From Synechococcales cyanobacterium VAR_4_metabat_354 (GTDB lineage: Bacteria; Cyanobacteriota; Cyanobacteriia; Cyanobacteriales; Chamaesiphonaceae): DNA of 64,000 nucleotides. The notes below the pieces were generated by a model, which worked only from the letters and a program-made list of their open reading frames with translations, searched no databases and was not told the DNA's origin. The position numbers and the translations under genes were made by a program. Shown here one piece after another: positions 1 to 9,368 of the stretch; the stretch's first letter is position 1; each line of letters begins with the position of its first letter. The stretch lies in NCBI GenBank assembly GCA_031414775.1, contig JANOQI010000016.1, positions 64,001 through 128,000 of the forward strand, given 5' to 3'.

Positions 1-2
1 TT

Positions 3-623
3 GAAGATTTTTTTGCTGATTGTAGTGGTCTTTGGAAGACCGAAAGAACCTACCACTACCCCCTGAAGGGAGAGGTAGAACGCTCCTACACAGAATTCAA
101 TGTCCAACCGCTGACGGCGGTGGAAAAAAACCAAATTTCTTCAGCTTTCATTCCGTCAGAATTTTTCAAAGCAGCCAGCACTAGCGACCAGGCTTACGGC
201 TTCGGCATTTCTTTTGAAACCCTCTCCGAAACTGGGGAAGAAGTGGCCATGCGCCTCAAAGCCTTATTTATCCCAGATAATTTTCTGACCGATCCAAAAC
301 ATCTGCCCCAAGATGCCACTGCGCCCGGTGTACCATTAGCCGCTGAACTCCCGGCCACTGAGGAAATAATTAGAGGATTTTATTTGCGGGATGAAGGCTA
401 CTCCGAATCAGGCGCAATTACCGGTCGTTTCACTTATTTGCCCAGTCGGCAGACCTTAGAAATGACCACCTACTACAGCCGATCGGTAGCAGTAGACCAA
501 ATGCGGCTCATGTCTCCTCAGCTACGCTTGCGCACAATTGTCACCTATCAACGCCCGGAACCGGGGGTAATTCCGTCGGTGATTAATTTGGTGGGTTTTG
601 GCATGGAACGGCGCGAGGACTAG
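3..623 (+). CDS. CpcS/CpeS-family phycobiliprotein lyase (CpcV-like), 5' end outside window
   Basis: The frame is open from position 3 (EDFFADCSGLWKTERTYHY...EVERSYTEF) into ORF 120..623. Contains YLRDEGYSE and LRLRTIVTY...GFGME, typical of CpcS-type lyases. Confidence 0.8.
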   Translation, partial: EDFFADCSGLWKTERTYHYPLKGEVERSYTEFNVQPLTAVEKNQISSAFIPSEFFKAASTSDQAYGFGISFETLSETGEEVAMRLKALFIPDNFLTDPKHLPQDATAPGVPLAAELPATEEIIRGFYLRDEGYSESGAITGRFTYLPSRQTLEMTTYYSRSVAVDQMRLMSPQLRLRTIVTYQRPEPGVIPSVINLVGFGMERRED

Positions 624-624
624 T

Positions 625-1740
625 ATGAAGCGTCGTCATCTGCTCCAGTCACTGGGAATTTTAAGCTTAGAGCCGCTACTTTTTGGTTGTCAGTCAAACC
701 CAGTCGATCGATTGAAAATTAAGTTTCTCAAACAATCACTGCCCACCCTCCTCATCAAAGAGTTTCAGCAACTAGTTAAAGGCGACTTGAATGCCAGCAG
801 CATCGCCCAATTAGCTGACAGCCTAGAACTGCTCCAGAAATGGAGCAAACCAGCGGAGATCGATCGTAGTTGGCGGTGGCCGTGGCAATCGCCCCCTAAC
901 AACTCAGTAGCTAATTTAATTACTCTAGGCGATACCTGGCTGTCGATGGCGATCAATCAAAAACTAATCAAGCCGCTAAATCCCAGCAAAATTCCCGCTT
1001 GGTCGCAACTCGACAGTAAATGGCAGCAACTAGTAACCAAGCAAGGGCAAGTCTGGGGAGCACCTTATCGCTGGGGAAGCGTGGTACTAATCTATCGTCG
1101 CGACAAATTTCAGCAAGCAGGCATTCCTGCGCCCACGGACTGGTCAGATTTATGGCGACCGGAGCTAAAGGGTCAAATTTCCCTCCTCAATCAGAGTCAA
1201 GAAATTATTGGTCTCACCCTCAAGCAGTTAGGTCACTCCTACAATACCGATCCACAGACCGTACCAGAATTGCCGACCAAACTCCGTCAATTGCACCAGC
1301 AAGTAGCTTTGTATAATTCTGATAATTATTTATCACCACTACTTACTGGTGATACGTGGTTGGCCATGGCCTGGTCTCATGACGTAGCTGACCTAATTAG
1401 TAGATATTCTAATCTGGGGCTGGCCATTCCCCAATCGGGTACTTCTTTGTGGGCGGATCTATGGGTACAACCCCAATCGGCTCAGCCAGTTGCGAACAGT
1501 CCGACCATTGAGCAGTGGATCGATTTTTGCTTACAGCCAGCTATCGCTCGTAAAATTTCACTTTTTACCAACGCCTTGTCACCACTCGCCACCAATCAAT
1601 CGTCTCAGCAATTCACCCCAGAAATGAGCAGTCACTCCGGCTTAAACGCTACAGTTTTTGCTAAAGGCGAATTTTTACAGCCGCTTAGCGCCAATCAGCA
1701 ACAATCTTATCAATCGTTATGGCGATCGATCCGCACTTAA
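625..1740 (+). CDS. PotD/PotF-like ABC transporter substrate-binding lipoprotein
   Basis: Start placed at ATG 625 (MKRRHLLQ...LLFGC, lipobox). Motifs WGAPYRWG, PTDWSDLWRPEL, PQSGTSLWADLW. Confidence 0.8.
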   Translation: MKRRHLLQSLGILSLEPLLFGCQSNPVDRLKIKFLKQSLPTLLIKEFQQLVKGDLNASSIAQLADSLELLQKWSKPAEIDRSWRWPWQSPPNNSVANLITLGDTWLSMAINQKLIKPLNPSKIPAWSQLDSKWQQLVTKQGQVWGAPYRWGSVVLIYRRDKFQQAGIPAPTDWSDLWRPELKGQISLLNQSQEIIGLTLKQLGHSYNTDPQTVPELPTKLRQLHQQVALYNSDNYLSPLLTGDTWLAMAWSHDVADLISRYSNLGLAIPQSGTSLWADLWVQPQSAQPVANSPTIEQWIDFCLQPAIARKISLFTNALSPLATNQSSQQFTPEMSSHSGLNATVFAKGEFLQPLSANQQQSYQSLWRSIRT

Positions 1741-1747
1741 GAACAAA

Positions 1748-1933
1748 CTAACGGCGGGGGGAGTTATTGGGGCGCGGTGATTTTTTCAGCAGGCACCGCT
1801 CTAACAACCGCAGCTGGTAAGCATGTTGAAAACGAGCGGGATTGAGCATCACCCGAAAAGTAGGGTGGAACAACGGCTGGTTCAGAAAAGGCCAGAGCGG
1901 GAACTTAACTTTAGAAGATTGTTTGGAGGCCAT
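1748..1933 (-). CDS. small hypothetical protein of a type seen in cyanobacteria
   Basis: ATG at 1933. KFPLWPFLNQPLF...LNPARF...LLERC resembles small conserved cyanobacterial proteins. Confidence 0.55.
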   Translation of the reverse strand: MASKQSSKVKFPLWPFLNQPLFHPTFRVMLNPARFQHAYQLRLLERCLLKKSPRPNNSPRR

Positions 1934-2077
1934 AGGAAGGCAAGCAGTAGGGATTGGTAAAATATCCAAATCGGTGGAGCAGCTTTAGGCGAATCTCGAT
2001 CAATTGCGATCTAAATCACTATCTCCCCAACTTCCCATATATCAATGCTGCTTACATCAGCCATTTATTGCATTCAG

Positions 2078-3823
2078 CTAAAAACCCAAGTCAGCCAAAG
2101 CGAGTGGAGCCGCCGTCGCAATCTCCGCATCGGTTTTAGCCGTCCAGTCTTGACAGCCAATCTCTTCATAAAATTTCTGGTCATAGGAGCGCGTTTTCAC
2201 CACTACCGGCATCGGCACCGCGTGCCCCAGAATCAGAGCCTGTTGTTTGGAATCCATTTTGGCCAAAACTGCTCGTAAGCCCTGCGCTCCAGAGACGCCG
2301 GTAAAAATGGCATCAATGTCTTTTTCATCATTGATCAAAGCGGTAATCCGAGTACCAATCTGGGACATTACTTCTTTATCGATGCCAGAAGGACGCTGGT
2401 CAATCACCAATAATGTCACAAAGTACTTACGCATTTCGCGGGCGATCGTCCCAAAAATCGTACTTTTCACAATGGCCGGATCAAGAAAGCGGTGGGCTTC
2501 TTCGATCGTAATCATCAATTGCTGCGGTTTATCGATCGGACTCTTGGTTTGCAGATATTTCTCGGCTTTTTCGACATAGCGCTTATGAATACGGCGGGTG
2601 ATCATATTGGTCACTAGCATGTAAGACAACATGTCATTTTGATTGCCAAATTCGATCACTACATTTTTACCGGCATCAATGCTTTGCAACATTTGATCGA
2701 TGTAGTTCTGGCGAATAGCTGGTCGCAAATATTTGAGCCGCTCCATCCGCAATAATTTCCGTTGGAGAGCCATGATCGAACCCATGTGCCCTCTCTTCTC
2801 CTCGCAGAAATTCTTGATGTCCTCATTAGTCATCTCAATCAGTTCTTGGATCCAACCATTCTGAAACTCGCCATATAAAATATTGGCACTATCCAAGCTA
2901 GCCTCCGAAATATCTAGCTCTCGACTCACTAACTGAATATCTTCTACTTCAATCTGGCTGTAGCTGAGGTATAGTTCCTGAGCATCTCGAATGCCCCGAC
3001 GGCGGCTCGATTCAGGATCGAGGGTATAGACAATCACCTCGTTCGGAAAAAGCTGGCGCAAACCTTTGACAGTACGGATGTTTTTACCTTCGGCGACAGC
3101 TTCCCAGCCGTACTCGGAGTGCATATCAAAAATCAAGTTAACAGCGGCTTTTTTCCGAATCACACCGGCTAGCAGCAGCCGGGTTAGAAAAGATTTACCA
3201 GTACCAGACTTACCAAATACACCGTTACTCCGTTCCACAAAACGATGTAGATCCAAGCAAACGGGCACATCCATATCTAGAGGTTGTCCGATCGCAAAGT
3301 TACAGCGGGTAGGATCATCTTCCCAACCAAAAACCGATCGAAAGTCCTGTTCGCTGGCATCAAAAACTTCGCTGAAGTGGCTAGGAATGGTTTTAACTGG
3401 CAGCAAATCGAGTTCTACGCCAGTCTGGGCTTGATAAGAAGCTAGCACCGCCTTGGCTTCAGTATCTTCTAATATTTCAGCTGCTCCTTTTTTACCATTG
3501 CCATTAAACTCATTTAGGTTCTTGGTTGCGGATGGCCTGCCCAGCATCAGCATCGGCGCGAGGTTGACGGTGCCGAAAGTGGTACTACCCGATAAAACAT
3601 CTAGTAAAAAATCATCGTTGGGATCGGGAGGATGAACAAGGATTCGATCGCTAGTTGTGCCTAATGTTACGTCGGTGAGCAAACAAAAGAAATCGTATTT
3701 GTGGCCATGCACCACCAGAAACTTACCGACCCGCATATCTTCTACGGAAATGCCAGGATAAAGTTTTACATCCAAGCCACTAGTGAGGGAGCCTTGAATG
3801 ACGGTACCGAGTGGTTTGTACAT
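2078..3823 (-). CDS. HerA-like (DUF87) ATPase with N-terminal HAS barrel
   Basis: Walker A GKSGTGKS, IFDMHSEYG, Walker B ITIEEAHRF, IAREMRKY, IDQRPS. Confidence 0.85.
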   Translation of the reverse strand: MYKPLGTVIQGSLTSGLDVKLYPGISVEDMRVGKFLVVHGHKYDFFCLLTDVTLGTTSDRILVHPPDPNDDFLLDVLSGSTTFGTVNLAPMLMLGRPSATKNLNEFNGNGKKGAAEILEDTEAKAVLASYQAQTGVELDLLPVKTIPSHFSEVFDASEQDFRSVFGWEDDPTRCNFAIGQPLDMDVPVCLDLHRFVERSNGVFGKSGTGKSFLTRLLLAGVIRKKAAVNLIFDMHSEYGWEAVAEGKNIRTVKGLRQLFPNEVIVYTLDPESSRRRGIRDAQELYLSYSQIEVEDIQLVSRELDISEASLDSANILYGEFQNGWIQELIEMTNEDIKNFCEEKRGHMGSIMALQRKLLRMERLKYLRPAIRQNYIDQMLQSIDAGKNVVIEFGNQNDMLSYMLVTNMITRRIHKRYVEKAEKYLQTKSPIDKPQQLMITIEEAHRFLDPAIVKSTIFGTIAREMRKYFVTLLVIDQRPSGIDKEVMSQIGTRITALINDEKDIDAIFTGVSGAQGLRAVLAKMDSKQQALILGHAVPMPVVVKTRSYDQKFYEEIGCQDWTAKTDAEIATAAPLALADLGF

Positions 3824-3979
3824 AAGCGAAAATCTTGGTAGCAGCTTCCCGAATCTTCTCTGGCAAGGGATTAGGAGCGTGACTCACCAGATGTGGGGTT
3901 GAAGAGATTCTAACACTCTACTGGTAGCAATATTCCACTTTATCTATGACTGAAAGACTGAAAGGCTGGCTTAGACGCT

Positions 3980-4747
3980 TTACGTTTCTAATGTGTTGGG
4001 ATCTACACCTAACTCTCTGAGCTTTTGAGTTAGTAGTTGATTGGAAAGCCGCTCTTCGGCGAGGGCTGTTTCTGCTTGCTCTGCCCGTTGTTGTTCTTGC
4101 TCTACTCGCTCGCTACCCCATAGTAATAAATTGCCTGACGGATGCCACCAGCGCAGCCAAGCAAAAGTCATTTCTGCTTTTTTACCCTGCCATACTCCTA
4201 AAAATAAGCCAATCTCTTCGATCCAGTAACGATGATGCTCATCCGGTAACTGTTGCTCGTATTTATTGCTAGTTAATCGATAGATATCTAATTCGCCTGT
4301 TTTGGGATGAAAGATTGCGTACACAGGTACTTGGAGGATTTGTTCGTAGAAGTACCATTTGCCGTAGGGAAAGTGGGGATTAATGGAGTATTCACCGCCT
4401 TCGGTTTCGGAGATAAATTCCATGACGATCGCGGGGGTGTCGCCTTCGATATGAGGAGTATAGCTGCGCCGAATTGCGCCGTTGGGAATGGGTTGGATCG
4501 ATCGAACGTATGTCCAGTCGGGGGCTTTTACGACGGTTTTATCACCGACGGTGGCGCACAGGCCAAAGTTGGAAGCAATGAGGCTGGATTCTGGGATTAA
4601 TCCGGCTAATTCTAGGCATTCGCGGAGAGCTGCTGCCAGTAGAGGCTGAAGATTGCTTTCCACGGGTTCTTCGGGTAGGGTGAAGTCAGCTGGGAGTTTT
4701 TCCCAAGTGACTGGAACTGATAGGTTGTGGAGCTGGATAGCTGTCAT
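3980..4747 (-). CDS. Uma2 family endonuclease
   Basis: VKAPDW, AIVMEFIS, GKWYFYEQILQVP, WLRWW and a coiled-coil tail EQEQQRAEQAE. Confidence 0.9.
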   Translation of the reverse strand: MTAIQLHNLSVPVTWEKLPADFTLPEEPVESNLQPLLAAALRECLELAGLIPESSLIASNFGLCATVGDKTVVKAPDWTYVRSIQPIPNGAIRRSYTPHIEGDTPAIVMEFISETEGGEYSINPHFPYGKWYFYEQILQVPVYAIFHPKTGELDIYRLTSNKYEQQLPDEHHRYWIEEIGLFLGVWQGKKAEMTFAWLRWWHPSGNLLLWGSERVEQEQQRAEQAETALAEERLSNQLLTQKLRELGVDPNTLET

Positions 4748-4838
4748 AAGCTGCCCTCAATAATATAAAAACTTGGAACTATGAACATTAATAACTCTCA
4801 CAGTTTCTACAAATCAACAGTCCGTAATGTTGTTAAGA

Positions 4839-5639
4839 CTATTTCTTGTGAAACATTTTACTCATCACACTTAAAAAGCTACTAGAGTTGGTTTCTTTAT
4901 TGTTTCTTAAAAAAGAATGACCACCAAACCTTTTCTTATCTAAAATCAAAATTTTCTGTTCGAATGGTAGTATCCAGTTTTCAGGATACAGATAGGATGG
5001 CGAGATTATTTTTGGATTTCTCCCCATCATATAACTATTAATGTGAGACTCATCATGCCAGACTGCTATAATACCATTGTCCAAGTCTATATCAATATTA
5101 GATTCTAATGTTTGAATTAGTTTAGTGAACTTTTCTTGTAGCCCTCCATTTAATCCTCCGGCAAAGTAATAATCACTTTTTGGCTTATCAATATAAGCCT
5201 TTGATATTTTTTGTCTTCTTTCCAATGGAAAGGCACTAGACTTTTTATTATGATAGCCAGGATGTATGGTAACAAATGTTCCATCATCATCTATTCCATT
5301 TGGCAATATTTCATCCGCATATATACATTTAGTCACAATAAGATTAGCATTGAAAAATATCAAATGTGAACATTCTTTCCATAGCTCTTTTGCCTTTAAG
5401 AAAATCTTGAATCTCAACAATGTATTTTTTGGCCAACCTAAATCCACTTGTTTAATGACAAAAATATTTTTTTCACATTTTATTTGATCAGAATCAGTAA
5501 ATACAAAATATATTTTTTCAACTCCAGGTAGAAAATTATTTTCAACACTTTGCCGAAAGTCATTCCAGAAAATTGAATATTTGCCAATGCAAATATACAG
5601 AATTCCAACTTTCATCACTTTATTTTCACAATTACTCAT
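4839..5639 (-). CDS. family 6 glycosyltransferase (ABO-type alpha-1,3-Gal/GalNAc transferase), NXN type
   Basis: GILYICIGKY, YFVFTD, LGWPKNTLLRF, FFNAN, HPGY, YYFAGGLNGG, WHDESHIN, SPSYLYPE. Confidence 0.9.
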   Translation of the reverse strand: MSNCENKVMKVGILYICIGKYSIFWNDFRQSVENNFLPGVEKIYFVFTDSDQIKCEKNIFVIKQVDLGWPKNTLLRFKIFLKAKELWKECSHLIFFNANLIVTKCIYADEILPNGIDDDGTFVTIHPGYHNKKSSAFPLERRQKISKAYIDKPKSDYYFAGGLNGGLQEKFTKLIQTLESNIDIDLDNGIIAVWHDESHINSYMMGRNPKIISPSYLYPENWILPFEQKILILDKKRFGGHSFLRNNKETNSSSFLSVMSKMFHKK

Positions 5640-5694
5640 AATTTGTAATTCTCACATAGGCTTAAGTAACCGCGTAATCACATCAATATATTTA

Positions 5695-6471
5695 TCATAT
5701 TTTCAACATAAATGAAGTATAAAGATCACTAGTATTAAGATGTTGCAAAGAATAGCCAAACCAGTTTACGGGAGCGATAACACGTTTACTAATGTTTTGA
5801 TTTAACCAACTTCCCCACCAACTAAAAGAACTATTCGCAATAATTTGATGTTGACATATACTCATCAAATACAAGTCAACATCTTCACTATTATTTTCAC
5901 TAAATGCAAATCTATCCTCATTAAACATGTTTTTACACCAGTTAATATCATCAGAGAATACTAAAAATTGAGTATTTCTATCAAATAGGGCAATCGCTGC
6001 TTTATAGTAATTGATCGAACAAATGGGATGATTATTAGGAAACTTATGGTAATCACCTCTGCGAACATGAATAGCACAGCTAGGATGGTCAAGAATAAAT
6101 CCATATTCTAATTTTAATTTATCTATTATTTGGGGTGATGGAGCAAACAAATCAAGAAGCTTTTGTCGATATTTAATAAAATATTTTTCTGATTGAAAAT
6201 AACCAATCAACTTCATATTTTTTCGATAATGAATCTGTTGATAATGATGTCCCTGTTCTCTAAAAACATATTTACTCAGCCAGATCTTACGATCAATTAA
6301 ATTTCGGTAAATAGTTTTTTGATAGTGGCTAGCTCCATTACCTTGCAATACATTTTTATGACCCTTAATATTGAACACCGCAATATCTTCGTTCTCCCAA
6401 GCTAAAGCAAGAGTAGTGGCTATTTGAAATAGCTGATTTCCCAATCCGCCCATTAAATCACAAGTAATCAT
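5695..6471 (-). CDS. alpha-1,2-fucosyltransferase (GT11)
   Basis: GGLGNQLFQ, GYFQSEKYF, IHVRRGDY, FSDD, IIANSSFSWWGSWL. Confidence 0.92.
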   Translation of the reverse strand: MITCDLMGGLGNQLFQIATTLALAWENEDIAVFNIKGHKNVLQGNGASHYQKTIYRNLIDRKIWLSKYVFREQGHHYQQIHYRKNMKLIGYFQSEKYFIKYRQKLLDLFAPSPQIIDKLKLEYGFILDHPSCAIHVRRGDYHKFPNNHPICSINYYKAAIALFDRNTQFLVFSDDINWCKNMFNEDRFAFSENNSEDVDLYLMSICQHQIIANSSFSWWGSWLNQNISKRVIAPVNWFGYSLQHLNTSDLYTSFMLKI

Positions 6472-6481
6472 ATAGAATATT

Positions 6482-7333
6482 TTAGTTTAACCAGTTAAAT
6501 GTTTTGACGTATTGTTCAATCTGTTTTCGATTCATTCTTTTGACTTTTTGTAATTCCTGTTGATTATTTTTAGCAAAGATATTTTTAACTGAGCTATTCT
6601 CACCTCGAGAGTGATAGAGATGAATAAATATTCCTTCGACACGGCCAATCTTGTATCCTAACTTATAAAATCTTTCGATTAATTCATTATCTTCCCAACC
6701 ATATGACTTAAAGTATTCATTCATCATCCCGCCTTCTAAAAATACTTTTTTTTGAAAGAAAATAGCACCACCAATAGAGTTTCCCTGATTTGGTTGAAAT
6801 GAAGATTTAGGAAGCATTTTTAAATCGTATTCTCTATCCACAAGTTGCTGATGTAGAGACTGCGAAAGATCTACAAATATCCCATTGTAAGGATATATGA
6901 TATCAAATCTATTTTCAGATAAAGCTCGATAGCTCGAAACTATTTGATTTACTGGAACTAAAGCATCAGTGTCCCAAATGGATATAATTGAAGTCTTAGA
7001 TTGTTTAGCAATCAAGTTGAGAGTCCTTGTTCTATGAGTATAGTTAAGATCTGTAGAGTAATGTATATATTCACATTTATTATTTACATACTTTAAGTGA
7101 GAAATTTTTGATTCCTCACAAACAATTATATTAGTTTTAAAATGATAGTTTAAATAATCAACTGTTAAGTTAAGATTATTCTCTCGATCTTTAGAATCAA
7201 GCCTTACTGGAATAGCAAAGGTAACATCAGTCAAATCAATTCGAGAATTTACAATAGGTTCTTTCAACTGAGATGGAATATGGGAGATGTGATACTTCTT
7301 ATTTGTAAGATACCGACATATAGGATAAAACAT
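6482..7333 (-). CDS. GT-A fold glycosyltransferase with GT7 (galactosyltransferase) C-terminal-like domain
   Basis: TFAIPVR, DXD-like WDTD, SIGGAIFF, GGMMNEYFKSYGWEDNEL, HLYH. Confidence 0.8.
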   Translation of the reverse strand: MFYPICRYLTNKKYHISHIPSQLKEPIVNSRIDLTDVTFAIPVRLDSKDRENNLNLTVDYLNYHFKTNIIVCEESKISHLKYVNNKCEYIHYSTDLNYTHRTRTLNLIAKQSKTSIISIWDTDALVPVNQIVSSYRALSENRFDIIYPYNGIFVDLSQSLHQQLVDREYDLKMLPKSSFQPNQGNSIGGAIFFQKKVFLEGGMMNEYFKSYGWEDNELIERFYKLGYKIGRVEGIFIHLYHSRGENSSVKNIFAKNNQQELQKVKRMNRKQIEQYVKTFNWLN

Positions 7334-7460
7334 GATCGCAATAGGAATTAATAGATAACCAAAACCGTTAGCAAGATTTTCGAAATAGATCGAAAATATA
7401 ATTCAGTATAAGTAGAATTGACTTAATATTAGAAGTGATGATTGACTATTCTAATATAGC

Positions 7461-7997
7461 TCAGCTAATCAATACTTCTTCATAAACATCAACCGTATTA
7501 TTTAGCATTCCCGATAAAGCAAATTTCTCTCGATATCTGGAATAACTGCGTTCCCCAAAATCTGCCAGCAATACCGGATCAGAAATTAATCGATCGATCC
7601 CCGCCGCCAAAGCCAACGAATCTTGGGGCGGCACAATAAACCCAGTTTGACCATCAGTCACCTGCTCCGGCATCCCGCCCACATTAGTAGCCACAATCGC
7701 CTTCCCCATCGACATAGCCTCCGCACTAGCCAGCGGCAAAGCCTCTTGCAGAGAAGGCAACACAAAAATGTCGAAACAATACATTAAGTTCTGGACATCC
7801 TGAAGGTATCCGGCAAAAATCACATGCTTACTAATTCCTAGATCAGCAGCAATTTGCGGCAAACTGTCCCGCAGTTCTCCATCCCCAGCAATCACCAACT
7901 TAATGTAGGGATGTCGATCGATCGACAAAATTTGCTCTAACTGGGTCTCGGCATCTTGACTATTGAGGAAAGTCAATAACGGCAATGTATCTTTCAT
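7461..7997 (-). pseudogene. GT4 glycosyltransferase remnant (N-terminal domain mostly deleted)
   Basis: Only the C-terminal GT4 domain remains (LVIAGDGE, DIFVLPSLQEALPLASAEAM, TNVGGMPE). 178 aa against about 370 for a full GT4. Confidence 0.65.
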
Positions 7998-8212
7998 TTA
8001 GCTAGTCAGCGCTTTTCATAAACATCAACTGTACTATTTAGCATTCCCAATAAATCAAATTTTTCTCGGTATTGGGCATCACCGCGTTTGCCAAAATCTG
8101 CCAACAAAACTGGGTCAGAAATCAATCGATCGATCCCCGCCGCCAAAGCTAACGAATCTTGGGGCGGCGCGATAAACTCAGTTTGGCCATCAGTCACTTG
8201 CTCTGGCACCCC
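7479..8212. repeat. two diverged ~198-bp direct repeats (7479-7676 and 8015-8212), the 3' ends of the paralogous GT4 remnants
   Basis: Both copies encode PEQVTDGQT.FI.PPQDSLALAAGIDRLISDPVLLADFG...YREKF.L.GMLN.TVDVYE. Confidence 0.9.
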
Positions 8213-8407
8213 CTGCCATAAATTTTGCTCTAGACGGGGAAATTCTTGATAGCCAAATCCGGCTTGCCGGAAAGGAGCAGATCCCAGACCATCAGGAGCT
8301 AACAGCGAAACATGATAATGCTGTTGCAGGTTATCCATTAAGCTGAAGGCATGTTTCTCGGTACCGCCAAGCTCCAGATAGGGCAAAACATACAAAATGT
8401 GTTTCAT
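8006..8407 (-). pseudogene. GT4 glycosyltransferase remnant (large internal in-frame deletion)
   Basis: The GT4 N-terminus (ILYVLP...GGTEKH) is joined directly to the extreme C-terminus (GVPEQVTDGQ). The EX7E region is absent. Confidence 0.7.
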
Positions 8408-8495
8408 GAGAGCACATCATACCAATAACGAGAGCCAAGAGAAATTCTAGCAATTGGCATCCGTTAAGATGGAGCTAAACTTTCTCCAAAGATCC

Positions 8496-9368
8496 ATGCT
8501 ATCTACTTCACCGACTACTTACCAATGGACATGGCAAAACCAACAGATTTCAGTAGCTTACTCGATAGGCGGTCAGGGCAAACCAGTGCTACTGCTGCCC
8601 GCTTTTAGTACAGTCTCTAGCCGTGGCGAAGTCGCTGAAATCGCCAGCATTTTAGCCCCAGAATTTCGGGTCACGACAGTAGATTTCCCTGGCTTTGGGG
8701 ACTCCGATCGACCACCTCTACAATACAACCCAGAACTCTACCAGCAATTTCTCACCGACTTCATTCGGGACATAGTGCCCCGGCCGCTGACAGTAGTAGC
8801 CACTGGCCACACCGCTGGCTACCTGATGAAATTAGCCCAGCAGCAGCCCGATCTTTTGGAGCAAATTGTTTTGGTGGCACCAACCTGGCGCGGCCCACTG
8901 CCCACCATGATGAAAGGTCAAAAGCCCTGGTTTAAATTCTTGCGGGAATTAGTTCGATCGCCGATTCTCGGCCAAGCCTTGTATCAGGTCAACACCACTC
9001 CCGGCTTTTTGCAGATGATGTACCAACGGCATGTCTACGCTAATGCTGCCGACATTACGCCAGAACTAATCGCCCACAAACGCCAAATCACCCAACAAGC
9101 GGGAGCCAGATTTGCCCCTGCCGCCTTCGTCACCGGCGGCTTAGATCCAGTCAATGACCGCGCGACCTTTCAGTCTTTCTTTCAGCACCTTTCAGTACCA
9201 ATTTTGCTCGTTATCGGAGCTGACTGTCCGCCCAAATCCAAAGCCGAGATGGAAGCGATCTCTCTGTTACCAGGAGTTACCACGGTCACGTTACCAGGCA
9301 CCTTGGGAATGCATGAAGAATACGCCGCCCAGGTGGCGATCGAGATCCGAAAAGTGCTTCAGCCATGA
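8496..9368 (+). CDS. alpha/beta fold hydrolase
   Basis: PVLLLPAFSTVSSR, DFPGFGDSDRP, LVAPTWRGPLP, GMHEEY. Start placed at ATG 8496. Confidence 0.85.
   Translation: MLSTSPTTYQWTWQNQQISVAYSIGGQGKPVLLLPAFSTVSSRGEVAEIASILAPEFRVTTVDFPGFGDSDRPPLQYNPELYQQFLTDFIRDIVPRPLTVVATGHTAGYLMKLAQQQPDLLEQIVLVAPTWRGPLPTMMKGQKPWFKFLRELVRSPILGQALYQVNTTPGFLQMMYQRHVYANAADITPELIAHKRQITQQAGARFAPAAFVTGGLDPVNDRATFQSFFQHLSVPILLVIGADCPPKSKAEMEAISLLPGVTTVTLPGTLGMHEEYAAQVAIEIRKVLQP

Noticed and set aside
2078..3823. HerA as part of a defence system (Sir2-HerA, DUF4297-HerA) or a NurA-HerA operon
   Set aside because: No partner nuclease or Sir2 gene is adjacent. Composition and CGATCG content look native, so it is treated as a core gene.
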